NCBI GenBank assembly: GCA_973895155.1
Contig: OZ316899.1
Span: 2,317,573-2,381,572 of the forward strand
Length of the DNA: 64,000 nt
Reading direction: 5' to 3'
Source of the DNA: Marsupella aquatica
Lineage: Eukaryota; Plantae; Marchantiophyta
This document shows positions 9,216 to 21,155 of this stretch, in pieces. Under the pieces are notes generated by a model. It was not told the origin of the DNA, ran no database searches, and was given only the letters and a program-made list of their open reading frames with translations. The position numbers were made by a program, and so were the translations under genes. The first letter of the stretch is position 1. Each line of letters starts with the position of its first letter.

Positions 9216-12200
9216 CTAAACCTGGTCCCTATGTCTTTGAAAGTGAACAATCCTAAAGTCATTTCTATAGTTTAATCTTAGCCATTCAGTGTTCAGCCAA
9301 TCCCTTGCTCTTAAGTTGCAGTCTGTCATACTTCCTACCCTGAGGGAAACGTCTGCTGACAGCAAACAGGTTGGAAACAGTTTCTGAAAGCACAAGTTTA
9401 AAATCAAAAGCACGCTTATTCAGTTTTTTGAAAACCTGTTCATTCCATGCTAGCCAGAGAGCCCACAATAGCTGATATGTGAGAAATAGTCTAGCAGTGT
9501 GGGTATGTGCTCGTCCGACGGAAGCCTCCAGTAGATCCAAAAGACTGTGTCCATAACTGAACAAAAAGCCCTGTCCCACTTCAAGCCCAAAACTCCAGCA
9601 TGTGGACACAAATGGACAATGAAAGAAAAGGTGGGGGATCATCTCCAGGTGTTCCAAGCAAAAAGAGCAGATCCCCGGGTCCGCCCCGATGGTAAGAGCT
9701 TGAGAGCCCGTGAAGAGACCTCCCACAATTATTCTCCAGATGAAAGTTTTAGCCCTTGTAGAAAGATCAGATCACCATAGATTTGCCCAACATTTCATCC
9801 ATTGTGTCTCTGTGTACTCTGAGCCCCATATCCTGTTCCATCTTTGATAATCAGCCCCTTTTGGCCTCAGCATCTGGTAAATGTGATGATTGGGTATTTT
9901 AAAATACGTTGAAGACCTCTGATCATCAGCCCAACGCCACAATCTCGCACCTGGTTTGTATCCCCAGTCACAGTTGGCTTGGTCCCGTATCTTTTGAAGA
10001 CGGAGCTTGCTGCGGTCCCGGTAAGCCAGGTCAAACCCACGTAGTCTGTGCCACCTTTCTGCTAAAGATCTCCAGGAGTGGGTTGCCTCATCCCACAGGT
10101 CCATAATAGCCTTAATTCCAAGCTCCCCAAGTAGCTCCGTAGTAATTTCCATATGGTCCTGCAACTAGGACTGTACAGCGGAGAGCATCCCCAATGCTCC
10201 AACGACCAGGAAATCCAACAGCCCCGGGGACAAAACATAGATGCGCCCGCAGAGAGACCCAGGCCTTCCATAGGCCACCTGAGTAAGGCATCCCTCCGCC
10301 ATTGCGCAGAGAGCACAAAAGTAACTTGTCTTTGACTGTGTAACCGTTCCTTCTAATCGTTCAAAAATTCTGCCACCCCACCAGATTTAGATTTGCCAAA
10401 AAGAGACAAGTCCATTCTGAAGCCGAGGAGTCAAGAGCTTTCGTGATCCACTGGGTTAATAGCGCCTCTGAATGGCATCTGAAGTCATGAAATCCAAGTC
10501 CCCCTTCCACCTTGGGTCGCGCCATCTTGGCCCACGCAACCAGGGGAGCTTCTTCTTCTGCTCAGTGCCCACAAGGTTGATACCCCACGAGAAATCCCTA
10601 CACAGAGCAATCATCTTTCACTCTAGTTTGTTGGAGGCTTTCATAAACATCACATGGTATATAGGGATTGCAAGCAGCACATGTTTGATGAGCAGTGTTC
10701 TACTAGTAAATGAAAGCATCTTGCTCGACCATGAAGCTAGACGAGAGGCAATTTTATCTAAACAGAAACTATGGATATGCTCCATCTGCAGCCCAATACC
10801 AAAAGGGGCACCAAGGTATTTGAGTACTTCTCCTTCTCTACTTATCTTACATCCTGTTTCCATGAGCCAGGCTGGTACTTCCTTCATAGCCAATGGGACA
10901 ATATTCAATTTGTGCAGATTCAACTTGGCCCCCGAGGCATTCTCGTAGCAACTGAGAGCCACAATGGTGTCTGCAAACCTCCCTGGATCCGTCGGGATAA
11001 ACATGCCAACATCGTCCGCAAAGAGCCTATAACATACTGTCATCCACTCAGAAATTTTAATACCAGTGAGTCTATGTCCAGCCAGCTCGGCATCCAGGAA
11101 ATCCATGAGAGGCTCGGTCAAGATCACAAAAACAAGTGGAGAGAGAGGACATCCTTGTCAAACTCCTCGCCTGAGCTCAATAGCCCTGCTCAGCCTCCCG
11201 TTGACGTAAACCTGGGAAGAAGCATTAGTCAGCAAAGCATGCACCAGCTTGGTGAACCATCCACTGAACCCCAGGAGTCTCATAGTTTCCCACAGATACT
11301 CGTGGTCAACTCTATTGAAGGCTTTCTCAAAATCTAATTTGAGAAAAAGAGTCTCCACCTGCCGACTGTTCACCCATTCTTGTATCAGCCATGCGAGCAA
11401 GATATTTTTGAGTATGTTTCTACCCCGGATGAAGCCAGTTTGCTGAGTGCTAATGAATCGGGGTAGAAGTTTTTTGATTCTTAAAGCCACAATCTTTGCC
11501 AAAATCTTGTATGCCGTGTTCAGCATAGTTAAGGGTCTCCAGTCCTTGAGAAAGTGCTTGTCCGCTTTTATAGGAATGAATTTGATCAAACCATCTTTAG
11601 TCTCTGCTGCCACTTCCCCTGTTAACCAAAAGTAATGTATCATGCTCATGAAATCCGCCTTCATAAAATGCCAGCAGCTTTTGTATACCTCTGCTGTTAA
11701 TCCATCAATTCCGGGAGACTTATCCGAAGGGAGATGTCCAATCACATCCTCTACTTCCTTTAGAGTAGGGAGCGCCTCCATCTGCGTGAGTTCACCAGTT
11801 GTGAATGCGTGCCTTATATTCTTCAGAAGTCTGTCTCTGCCCTACGATTTATGAGCCGTTTTGCCGGTGAGGGGGGAGCGGGAGCATAGAGCTCCATGCA
11901 AAACCGCTCCACTTCTTCCAGTATCTCCTGCCCGTTTGTCACCGTTGTACCCTCCTCCCTTTCTAGGACCCTCATAGCTTCTTGTTCTTGTTTGGCCTTG
12001 ACGGTTGCAAAAAAGAACTTAGTAGATTCCTCCCCCTTGCCCAGCCATTTCACTCTCGCCATTTTCCTACATTGGTATGCTTCTTCAAATTCGGCTGCAT
12101 GTAGCTTGTCTTCTAACAGGAAAAGATCGAGAGCGTCTACCTCAGAGTAGTCCTCTACTATAGTGCTTTAAAGCCCTGACTTCCTCCCTTAGGAAGTGCA

Positions 12201-12260
12201 TCTCTTCAGCTGCTTGTTGTGGAGTAGCTTGTATCTCCATATATTGTTTTCTCAAGCTTT
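9216..12260 (-). pseudogene. decayed L1-like LINE ORF2 (RT plus C-terminal zf-RVT-like region), 5' part lost
   Basis: Fragments carry KSPGIDG, WRPLTMLNTAYKILAK, KLDFEKAF, LFADD, KYLG and CSFC...HLFFHC; several stops and frameshifts. The left boundary is approximate. Confidence 0.92.
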
Positions 12261-12279
12261 TGCTTGCTCTGGAAACTCT

Positions 12280-12767
12280 GGTCCAGGTGTGTTGGGACAA
12301 GCTTTAGGACAAGCTACGCTAATTGGGCTATGAGCATGTCCTAGGGTCAAGGCGGTCAGTTGGTGATGGATAGGTACGAGGGGGAACCCGGGCCGCACCC
12401 AAGGAAGGAGTTGTTCTGGACAAACAATGGGCGTGGGTTCTGGTTTCGGCTTATGGCATCGGGAGGATCTATTGCTGACCTATTTACCAGTGTCTGTTGA
12501 GCTTGAGTTAGGATGCTAGACTTGGCGAGTTCTAGATCCTAAAGGGTTACTTACCAAGGTGCTTGGTTGCTTGTGCAGACAATGAGGACCATGAGTAGCG
12601 ATCATGTTGGAGAGCAAGTGCGGCTTCCTATGGGAGAGGCCGCTGGCGGTGCAAAGGGCACTAGGGTGCTTGCTCAAGGTATTCCGTGGAGGCATTCGGG
12701 CACCAGGGGCACTTAAATAGGCGTGAGTGCTGGGATTGGTGAGGGCGCTGGGTAGCTAGGTCCACCA
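12280..12767 (+). repeat. 5' LTR remnant (3' portion only)
   Basis: Diverged direct repeat of ~30515-30992; ends GGTCCACCA just before the PBS. Confidence 0.85.
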
Positions 12768-12771
12768 CTTG

Positions 12772-12783
12772 TGGTATCAGAGC
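12772..12783 (+). promoter_or_regulatory. primer binding site, tRNA-iMet
   Basis: TGGTATCAGAGC. Confidence 0.92.
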
Positions 12784-13117
12784 GATTGTTGGTATAGACA
12801 CCGGGCCGGGGTTGTGCTAAGTCAGAATCCAAACATCTTAACGGTTTTTTGGGGGGACTTAGTGCTTCAATGTGCCCAGCGGGTTGACTGCGGGCAGATT
12901 CGGTCGTTGGGAACATGGCTAAAACACTCAATCAAAGAGTGGCAAACAGGCTCCCCCCGCCAAGGGGAGAGCCCAAGTTCAAGATGAACAGAAGGAGGAT
13001 GGGTCAACTTCCCTAGACAAACGTTACAAGCAGGATGACAAAGACGTGACGGCCGAACCGTCAACCGCCATGGCAAATACGTCAAGTGCATAGCGTCATT
13101 GACTTAAAGGGAAGGAG

Positions 13118-16061
13118 GTGGCCAATCCTTCAAAGGATGGGTCGGAAAATGACGGCTCCGACACGGATGGAAGGAATGATAATGCTGAAGCTGAATTGGA
13201 GGAAGAGGGTCAGGACCCAGAGGAGGAACTGATCCCAGCCTTGAGAGGGTTGGATGCGGAACCAGAGGATGATGTCAAGCAGGACGTCATTGTGGATAAT
13301 TTGACCAAGCAGAACCAGGGAAATGCGGGTGATGCCTCAGTCCCAAGAGGTCATGGTGCTCGCAAGACACTGGGAGTGTCACCAAAATCCACAACAGAAC
13401 CTCAGGACAGGCGGCCCGCAAAGGAAAGGCGGTTGGATGATCGTCCTCATACAACCCGCAAGGGCCCAACCGCTGATGACGGTTTGGGTCCGTTGACTCA
13501 AGACCAACGACTCATTTATGAGCAATTGGAACACAACAAGGGGGCCCAGATTAAGTACTTACTTAGTCTAGGTAGTCAGAGTGCAACGCGTCTCGAGGGG
13601 GGAATGGTAGTTGGACGGAGTATGTTCCAAGTGAACCAGCTACTGACTCCTCCAACTTACGATGGGGCCTACAAACAAAGTGGACAAAAGTTCTAGAGTT
13701 GGCTCTCCACAATGGAGATTCATCTCCAAGCGTGCATTGAGCGTTCCATTTGGGCTACCACAACCGCTCCTTACCTGAAGGACTATGCCTTGACTTGGTA
13801 CAAGTCATGGAAGAAGTTGCGAGAGGACTCCTCCTTGCCATTAACTTGGGAAAACCTGGTTGAGGGACTCCGTGCTCATGTCACCACTAAGTACCCGCAG
13901 CGGCACGCTTAGAAATGTGTAACGGAGATGAGCTTCAGGGGTTATAACCAAAAGTTCATCACTTATTACCAGAACCAATTGGCGTGTATCTGGGCGGGGC
14001 AAGAGACCCTACGTACACAGCTTCACAACTTTATAGTGAAGCTCCCGTCGTTGCTCAGGGAAAAGTTGCAGGAAAAGCATCACGCGTTCAAAACGCTTTC
14101 TGACGCCTTTGACAAGGCCACTACATTGGTGAATAACCGGCCGGACTTGGCGAAGGTGGGTGGCAAGGGATCCAAGGGGGGAGTTGGGAAAGCTAAAGGT
14201 CCCGGGAATAAGCGTAAGCAACCTGAGGGGGCGAGGGCCGGTGGTTCGGATCCCCAGCCCCAGAATGGAGAAGCTAAGCAAAACCGGAAGGCCAGAAACT
14301 TCAAGAAAGGAATCTCATCGGCGCAGAAAGCAAAGAAATAGGCACTCATGGAGTAGAGGCGGGCTGAAGGTTTGTGCTTCACTTGTGGTGCCATGTGCCA
14401 TCAAAGTAAGGATTGTTCCACAAAAGGTGGCAAGCCAAGCGGAGATGGAGGGTAGAAGAGCATTAAGGTAAGTATCGCTCTAACCAAACCCTTAGTAGCT
14501 GACAAGGTCCTTGTATGGGATGTTCCTGCCAGAGAGAAGGTATTGTTGCAAGAGAAGATACCTAAAGTTAAGACAATGGATCCTGAAAGACTGATTTTGT
14601 GAATGTCACTTCTAACGGTAATCTGGATGTTGCATTGGTGGATACAGGCGCGACCACCTGCTTCATAAGTGGGCAGGCGGCGGCATGTCTTGGGGTGGAT
14701 GTGCAAGAGTTGCTACAACCGTTAGTATGCAAGTTTGCCAATGACACAAAGGGGATAGTGTCGAGAGTGGTACATAGACTTTGAGTAGAGGTCATAGGCG
14801 AACAACAAAATTTTGTTAGTCAGGAGATGTTCTACGTTCTAGACGGTCTAGCCGTAGACTTCATTTTGTCGGTAGGTTATCTCAGAAAGCACAATGTTAC
14901 CTTGAAACTGGGGGATGAAGTGCTCCATTTTCCCAATAAGGGCAATGAGCCCATTGCTGTACACGAAGTTACCAAAAATAAAGAAAGATTTCTCAAAGTA
15001 ACTAAAGTGTCGTGGTTGTCTCCGTGTGTATCGGCGAAGCAATGGTGGAAAGACTTCAAGGGTGGACATGGATGTTTCTTCTTTCATCTCCACCTAGTTA
15101 AGGAGGCTGCTTTGTAGCCAATGGTCAAGTCAGCTAAGGTTAGGCCGGACTGCGGTTGAATTCCTAACATTGTAGAGGAATTCAATGACGTGCTCTCGCA
15201 AAAGCTACCTAAAGGTTTACCCGAGCGGAGAGAAGTGGATCACCAAGTTGAGTTGGAGCCAGGTTTGGCTCCTCAGGCTAAAGCTCCTTATTGTTTGAAC
15301 CTGAACGAGCAAATGATGTTGAAGAACGTCTTGGAAGAGTTGATTGACCAAGGGTTCATTTGTCCTAGTAAGAGTCCTTATGGGGCGCCCGCGCTGTTTG
15401 TGTCCAAAAAGGATGGTACTTTGAGATTGTGCACAGATTATCGGGCCCTCAATAAGCAGACGGTAAAGAACAAGTACCCGTTACCTCATATGGATGACCT
15501 CGTTGATTGCCTCTCGGGGGCTAGGAACTTTTCAAAAGTGGACTTGCGGTCTGGGTAGACGACATCCTAATCTACTTGAAAACGTTGGAGGAACATGAGC
15601 AATTGCTCAGAGAAGTGTTCTCTCACCTTCGTAAGGCTCGTCTTGCTAAACCTAGCAAGTGCGAGTTTGCGATGAACAAGATTCAGTTCCTCAGCCATAC
15701 CTTTACCCCGGAAGGGATTACGCCTAGTCAGGACAAGCTTAAGGAGATCAAAGAATGGGAGCGCCCGTCCAATGTAAGGCAGGTTAGAGCCTTCTTAGGA
15801 TTTACGGGGTTCTATCAGAGATACACGAAAGACTATGTGAGGATTGCAAGGCCCCTAAACCCGCTAACATTGAAAAACAAAGTGTTTGCATGGACACAAG
15901 ATTGCGACTTAGCATTCCTAGAACTTAAGCGGCTAATGATAACGCCGCCGGTTCTAAAGTTACCTGAGATGCGGAAGCCGTTCGAGATTTGGATAGACGC
16001 AAGTGATTATGCCATTGGCGCTTATCTTCACCAAGATGGGCGTCCTGTGGCCTTTGAGTCA
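13118..16061 (+). pseudogene. chromovirus gag-PR-RT-RH (N-part), multiple stops and an RT deletion
   Basis: CCHC knuckle CFTCGAMCHQSKDC (~14377-14418), protease [27 protein letters not shown] runs directly into DDILIY at ~15555, and RNase H WIDASDYAIG...VAFES is cut at 16061. Confidence 0.9.
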
Positions 16062-16913
16062 GGTGGAAAGCATGATTGAGGGGTACCAAAATGTGCAAAA
16101 AGGACTGGGATTCTGGGATGGCAGTCCTTGCAATTCTTGGCACATGAATGGTTGAGATGACAAGGATCTTGAGCCGCCAAGGACGTTTTGAACTCACTTT
16201 GAGACAAAACGTACTTAAGACTTAATAATGACATTGGTGGGGCCAGGACATTATGAGGACTCCAAACGCGCGGAGTTCTCTGCCAATTTGAATCCCTTGA
16301 GAAGAGAAGTGCGGCCAACGCGAGAGTTGTACAGTTGTCCACAAAACTTCCCGCTCACAGAAAGCTTGGGTCGCCCATTTCTCACTTGCACTTGTTTCAC
16401 TTGGGCGGAGCTCTATCCGCCCATTTCTCACTCAAGTTTCACCTGGGTGGAGCTCTATCCACAGAGCGTATGTGGTAATGGGGGTTTGAGCATTGTGGAT
16501 TTGCCAATTGATAGAGGATTGCTGCTTGACGGGTTGTTGATTGCTGCGCATTGGGGGATTGGTCATTGCTGTGGATCGGGGATCGTGGATTGCTGCGCAT
16601 TGGGGGATCATTGATTGCTGGGCATTGGCGGATTGCGAGCTACTTAATTGCGGTGGAGGATTACTGCTTGTTACTAGTTGGTTGCTGCTCGATGGAAACT
16701 ACTCGGTGAGTTGCAAAGCAGACATCAGAGGGGACTTAATTTTGTTATCGTGGCTAGAAGGTATAGCTCAAACTTCAAATTTATGTATATTCCTATATAG
16801 GCTATCGCTCCGTGTAGTTTAGTCCACCCTGTGAGGCGTACCTTTACATATTGTGGGCAGAGGTCTTATTGAGTGTTTAGTCATAGTTTTTTTGTTTATT
16901 CAGGAAGAGTTCG

Positions 16914-17978
16914 ATGGATACCACTTCTCCATTGACAGTTGATGGAGGGGTGGATGTCAAGTCGATACAGCGAGTATCCAATGTCCTGGCGAAAGCTGAG
17001 ACAGGCATCACGAAGGAAAACACCAAAGCTCAACTGCCAAGAGTAGCTAAGAAAGTGAAAGGCCAGAGCTCTGATGTAACTTGGTCTCCGACCGAGTTCT
17101 ACAAGGATGCAGCCTGGTTTGCTACAAACTTTGGTCTCCCCAATGAGGGTGAAACTCCGCACAAGATTTTAGATCTCACCGAGGAATAGTTGAGTGCGTG
17201 CTTTGGTGAGGTAACAAGGAATGGCTATAAGCTAAGTACTTGCACGGGTATTCCTCTTGATGAGATTTTAGCACTGTCTCAAGTGGTGGACGGGTATGAG
17301 AAGCCTGTTAATGGAATTCTATCTCATACGTTTGTCAAAGGTGCCTATGCTGAGCGGGTGCTTCATAGAAAGGTAAATTGGGCAGCTTATGCATCGACAA
17401 AACTGAAGGGTCAGGTAACTCAGTGGTCACGAGATGGGAAAGGTAGGCCTGATGGCCCTCCTTGTGTTAGAAAGCCTCAACTGTATTCAGCTCCAAAGTC
17501 TTCGTCAGAGACTAAACCCGTCGTCTGTGACGGACAGTTAGCACTTTTTGAGAGCCCTAAAAGTGTCGTGCCCAAGGAGCTTGGCAGTTGCAGCTTGACT
17601 AAGGTTAGGACAGTACCTCCTCCCACACCTATTCTATGTGTTTGTCCATCCGAGAAGAGACAGATTCCCTTGAAAGTGAAGAACGTTCTGGTATCTGCCA
17701 TAGAAGTCGAGATATCTAAAATGAGGGGTCAGCTCGTGTCTGTGAACAAGAGGTTCGACAAGGTCCATTCTACCATGGACAAACTGAAGGTAATTCAGTT
17801 GGGACGTGATGATGTGGAGAGCTCATTACAGCAAGAGATTGAGAACCTACGACTTCAAGAAGATAAAATCTCCAACGAAATTGATGCAGAAGAAATTGCA
17901 GTGGAAGAACTAACGATCGACATTGAGTTGGAATCCAACAAGCAGGGTGAAGGAGAGGCGATTGAAGAGGTACTTTGA
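16914..17978 (+). pseudogene. cargo ORF: plant-transposon accessory domain plus coiled coil, one in-frame TAG (17187-17189)
   Basis: FGLPNEG...TRNGYKLSTC...VNWAAYA matches the motif pattern of ORFs at 4507, 32465, 37852 and 57493. Confidence 0.65.
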
Positions 17979-18094
17979 GATTTCCTCCTTCATCTTGCTA
18001 GGATCATGTCCTTTCTCTATTCAGGACCCGTTTGTTTGCGGTTGTGGACTTCAATGTGGGCTTTAGGCGATGGACCTTGTGGCAAGAGATGTGA

Positions 18095-18739
18095 TTGTTT
18101 GAAATGTTGATATTGCAAGTTAACAATGACTTGTTGGCCTTGATGGGGACAACGCTGAGAACTCACGAGAGTACAGTCATCCAGCTTTCTAGCCTTTTGG
18201 AAGCCACCCGACGGGATTTGCATAGTGTGAAGGCAAGATTACAGAGAAAACAAGAGTATGACGAGAGTGTGCCTAAAATGATGTCCCGGATGTTTGACTT
18301 ATCTAACAAGTTAACAGCAAAACGCCGAAAGATTGAATCTAATTTGAAGCATCAGGAAGTAGAGCTTGCGATTGTGGCAGACGTTTTATGCAACCCATGT
18401 CCTGCAGTGATGCCACGTTATACCCTTACGTCCACTGAAACAAGTTTTAGCAGAGTTTCTGTATCAAGTTGTCCAATTTGTTGCAATGGATACCATTGCT
18501 ACAATTGGATCCCAGCATCATGTGGGCACACATATCATCCTGCATGTTTGTTTACTTATATTCATTCATGTACGGGCGGCCCACAATGCAAGGCATGCGG
18601 GGCAATTTTCAGTAATGACTGGTTACAAACCTGGGGTTTAGATGATGAGCAAGGCTACAAAGAGGGCACTCATATAGCCCTAGAGCATCATCCAATGGCC
18701 ATGGAAGTGGAGGACCTATATGGGAAGAACTGTAGGTGA
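18095..18739 (+). CDS. cargo ORF/exon: coiled coil plus RING-H2 zinc finger (E3-ligase-like)
   Basis: C-x2-C-x13-C-x-H-x2-H-x2-C-x13-C-x2-C (CPIC...CGHTYHPAC...CKAC). Confidence 0.82.
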   Translation: MFEMLILQVNNDLLALMGTTLRTHESTVIQLSSLLEATRRDLHSVKARLQRKQEYDESVPKMMSRMFDLSNKLTAKRRKIESNLKHQEVELAIVADVLCNPCPAVMPRYTLTSTETSFSRVSVSSCPICCNGYHCYNWIPASCGHTYHPACLFTYIHSCTGGPQCKACGAIFSNDWLQTWGLDDEQGYKEGTHIALEHHPMAMEVEDLYGKNCR

Positions 18740-18965
18740 TTGGCCCAGAGGCGACAGTTGGTGAACAATATGGTCTCAATCGAAGGAAAGGTATCCACAC
18801 TGATCTGCACTTTAATTGCTAGTTGGCTTTCAATTGATGAATTTGCAATCTTTGGAGATGGATGGGTTACGAATGGATGTTGAGCACTGTTCACTGTGTA
18901 CTGCTTCTTATGGAACATGGTCTGCTGTTGTGGAGCAGGATTTGCAAGAGATTGTTGAGTGATGC

Positions 18966-19340
18966 TTGGCTTCTATAACACCTTCTTCCACGGTTGAGGA
19001 TGCAGCTATTGAGGATTGCGGTGGTGAAGACAGATCATCCAAGATGGTCATGTTGTCACCAAAGGTTGAGGATGAGGATTCAGGGAAAAAACGGAAGTGT
19101 GATGTAGATTCTAGCAGGAAGGTGAAATTAATACCGTTGTTGAGTGCTAAGCCTGGTCAACATGTGCTAACGCCTAGTGCCACTCTCCCATTTTCCCCAA
19201 AGGCAGATGTCACCTTTAAGACATACTCTTCACTGAAGACTCCAAGCCCTTATGGACCGACAATACCTCCACCAAATTGCAATGGTGTAGATGCTAGGCC
19301 AAAGAAGAAGCTTTACAATATGCCTCGGATAACGTTTTAA
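18966..19340 (+). CDS. cargo ORF/exon, low complexity with NLS-like KKRK motifs, function unknown
   Basis: ORF only; it may be a further exon of the RING gene. Confidence 0.3.
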   Translation: MASITPSSTVEDAAIEDCGGEDRSSKMVMLSPKVEDEDSGKKRKCDVDSSRKVKLIPLLSAKPGQHVLTPSATLPFSPKADVTFKTYSSLKTPSPYGPTIPPPNCNGVDARPKKKLYNMPRITF

Positions 19341-19724
19341 GTCGTACATTCTGTGGCTGTTGAAGATGTGGTGTGCATTTTGCAATGCGCATACCGTGAT
19401 TTTCATGCCTTTTGTGTTTAAAACTTCCTCTATGCTCTTTGGCAGCTTCGAAAGACCAGCCGCAAATCATATTTTTGAGCAATTCTCAGTTTCTCACTGG
19501 TAAGTCTTCACTAAACCCTCTATTGGCAAATGTCATGTGCAAATGATGAGGAACCTTTAGCAAAGTCTTGTTGGTAATAGCACAGTCACTCTCTAATCCG
19601 AGTAATCTTAGATGAGGGGTCTGGTCCTTTTTGAAAGGAGTGTACACAGGAGCGAGTCTTGTACAGTCCTTTTACACTTAGTTCATGACTTGTGTCAATT
19701 AAACGAGTTCTGAAATCTGCTCTG

Positions 19725-20350
19725 TCAAGGACTGTGAGCCCTTGTCAACCATTTTTTACCTCTTAGTTGTTCTTCTTTGTTAAGGACTGGGTGGCCTTCG
19801 TGAAGGAGTGGGTGTCAGTTTTCAAGGAGTCCATGTCCATTGTGAAAGGAGTCTGACCCCTTTTCCAAGGAGTCTATTTCCTTTTCCAAGGAGTTCAGGT
19901 CCTTCTGAAGCAAGTGCATGTCCTTGGTCAAGGAGTGTCACTCCTTTGTTAAGGAGTGCATGTCCTTTTTAAAGGACTGATGGTCCTTGACAAAGGAGCA
20001 CTAGTCCTTTGAAAGGACAGTTGGTCCTTGACAAAGGAGCAATAGTCCTTTTGAAAGGACTTTTGGTCCTTGTAAAAGGAGTGTTACTCATTTCCAAAGG
20101 ACTGTTCATTTAGGAGTGTTTGTCCTTTGGAAAGGAGTGCGTGTCCTTCTTAAAGTAGTAGACATCTTCGAAAAAGGAGTTGAACAGGGAGTGCATGTCC
20201 TTAGAGAAGGAGTGATTCTCCTTTTTGAGGAGTGGGTGTGATTCAAGTAATTTCTCCCTTCTGCAAACAAGTCCTTTCCTTGGTCAAGTCCCGGGTCAAG
20301 TAGAGATGTGCTTTGTAGTATCTGGATCTTGACTGTGTCCTTAAGGAGTG
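19725..20350. repeat. array of ~21-bp palindromic units AAGGA(C/G)-N5-(C/G)TCCTT
   Basis: Units start at 19930, 19951, 19972, 19993, 20013, 20034 and 20055, with degenerate copies on both sides. Confidence 0.9.
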
Positions 20351-20354
20351 AACT

Positions 20355-21155
20355 GTGAATGTGCCATTCAGTACTTCCATGATAGCATACGTGCAGCATA
20401 AGATTTTAGCAGTTTCTAAATACTTAGCCTCTCTGTTTGATTTGCTGCAGATGGCCAAGAATGAGAAGTTTGTCACCCTCCATCTGGCCAAGATTGAATC
20501 CATGTGGGGACTTTGTGCTGGCTCTTATGTTTATGAAGGTTGTTCAAACCTGTTGAGTGATGGTAGACCCTGTGCTTTGGGCAAGCACAAGCAAAAATTG
20601 AGAAGGCAAGATGCAAACTCCCCAATGGGACCCCATTCACGAGGCAGAACCACACATGAGTGTTGTGTTGATGGGGCTGGTACACAGATGTACTGCTTTG
20701 CTGTGCAGATTGGCGATGAAGTGATTCAATTTAATGAAGAGAATGGGGAGAAGCTAATGGGTGTGTCTGGTAAAGTTTTTAAGGACGAGCTTGATGGCTA
20801 CCCTGACAAGATCAGGAGTGCATGTACTCAAGTAATGAGTACATTGTGGACTATTACTTATGTGAAAGACAAAGATGCCTGTCGAGCACTTGCTGTGGCT
20901 AGGTCTTTACAGTCAACTAGTGTTATTAAATGTGAGCCTAAAGTAGGACCTAGCCTCCCTGAGCCACATAGTAGTGTACATGTGATCATACCAAAGGAAG
21001 ACAACAATCCTAAGTTTTTGAACTCGCTCAGCCGTAGTGACACTACTCCGGTGAAAGCCCACTTGGGGCCGCTCAGTAGACTTAAGGATGCATGTGTGAA
21101 TTTTGGAGGGGAGCTATTTGAGTCCCTGAAATCTATGAAGATCACCTACGAGTAG
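20355..21155 (+). CDS. cargo ORF resembling the RPA70 C-terminal (Zn-ribbon/OB-fold) domain
   Basis: YVYEGC...C...MYCFAVQIGD...FNEENGEKLMGVSG resembles the RPA1-C pattern Y.AC..C..Y.L...I.D......F.E.AE.LLG.SA. Judged by eye only. Confidence 0.5.
   Translation: MNVPFSTSMIAYVQHKILAVSKYLASLFDLLQMAKNEKFVTLHLAKIESMWGLCAGSYVYEGCSNLLSDGRPCALGKHKQKLRRQDANSPMGPHSRGRTTHECCVDGAGTQMYCFAVQIGDEVIQFNEENGEKLMGVSGKVFKDELDGYPDKIRSACTQVMSTLWTITYVKDKDACRALAVARSLQSTSVIKCEPKVGPSLPEPHSSVHVIIPKEDNNPKFLNSLSRSDTTPVKAHLGPLSRLKDACVNFGGELFESLKSMKITYE

Noticed and set aside
16228-16822. ORFs just inside the left TIR of the Sola2-like element
   Set aside because: They overlap degenerate short repeats (GATTGCTG..., GCTCTATCC...) and have no recognisable domain.
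20355-21155. Helitron insertion, suggested by the RPA-like ORF
   Set aside because: No Rep/helicase ORF or recognisable TC...CTRR ends were found; the ORF lies within the TIR/TSD-bounded element.
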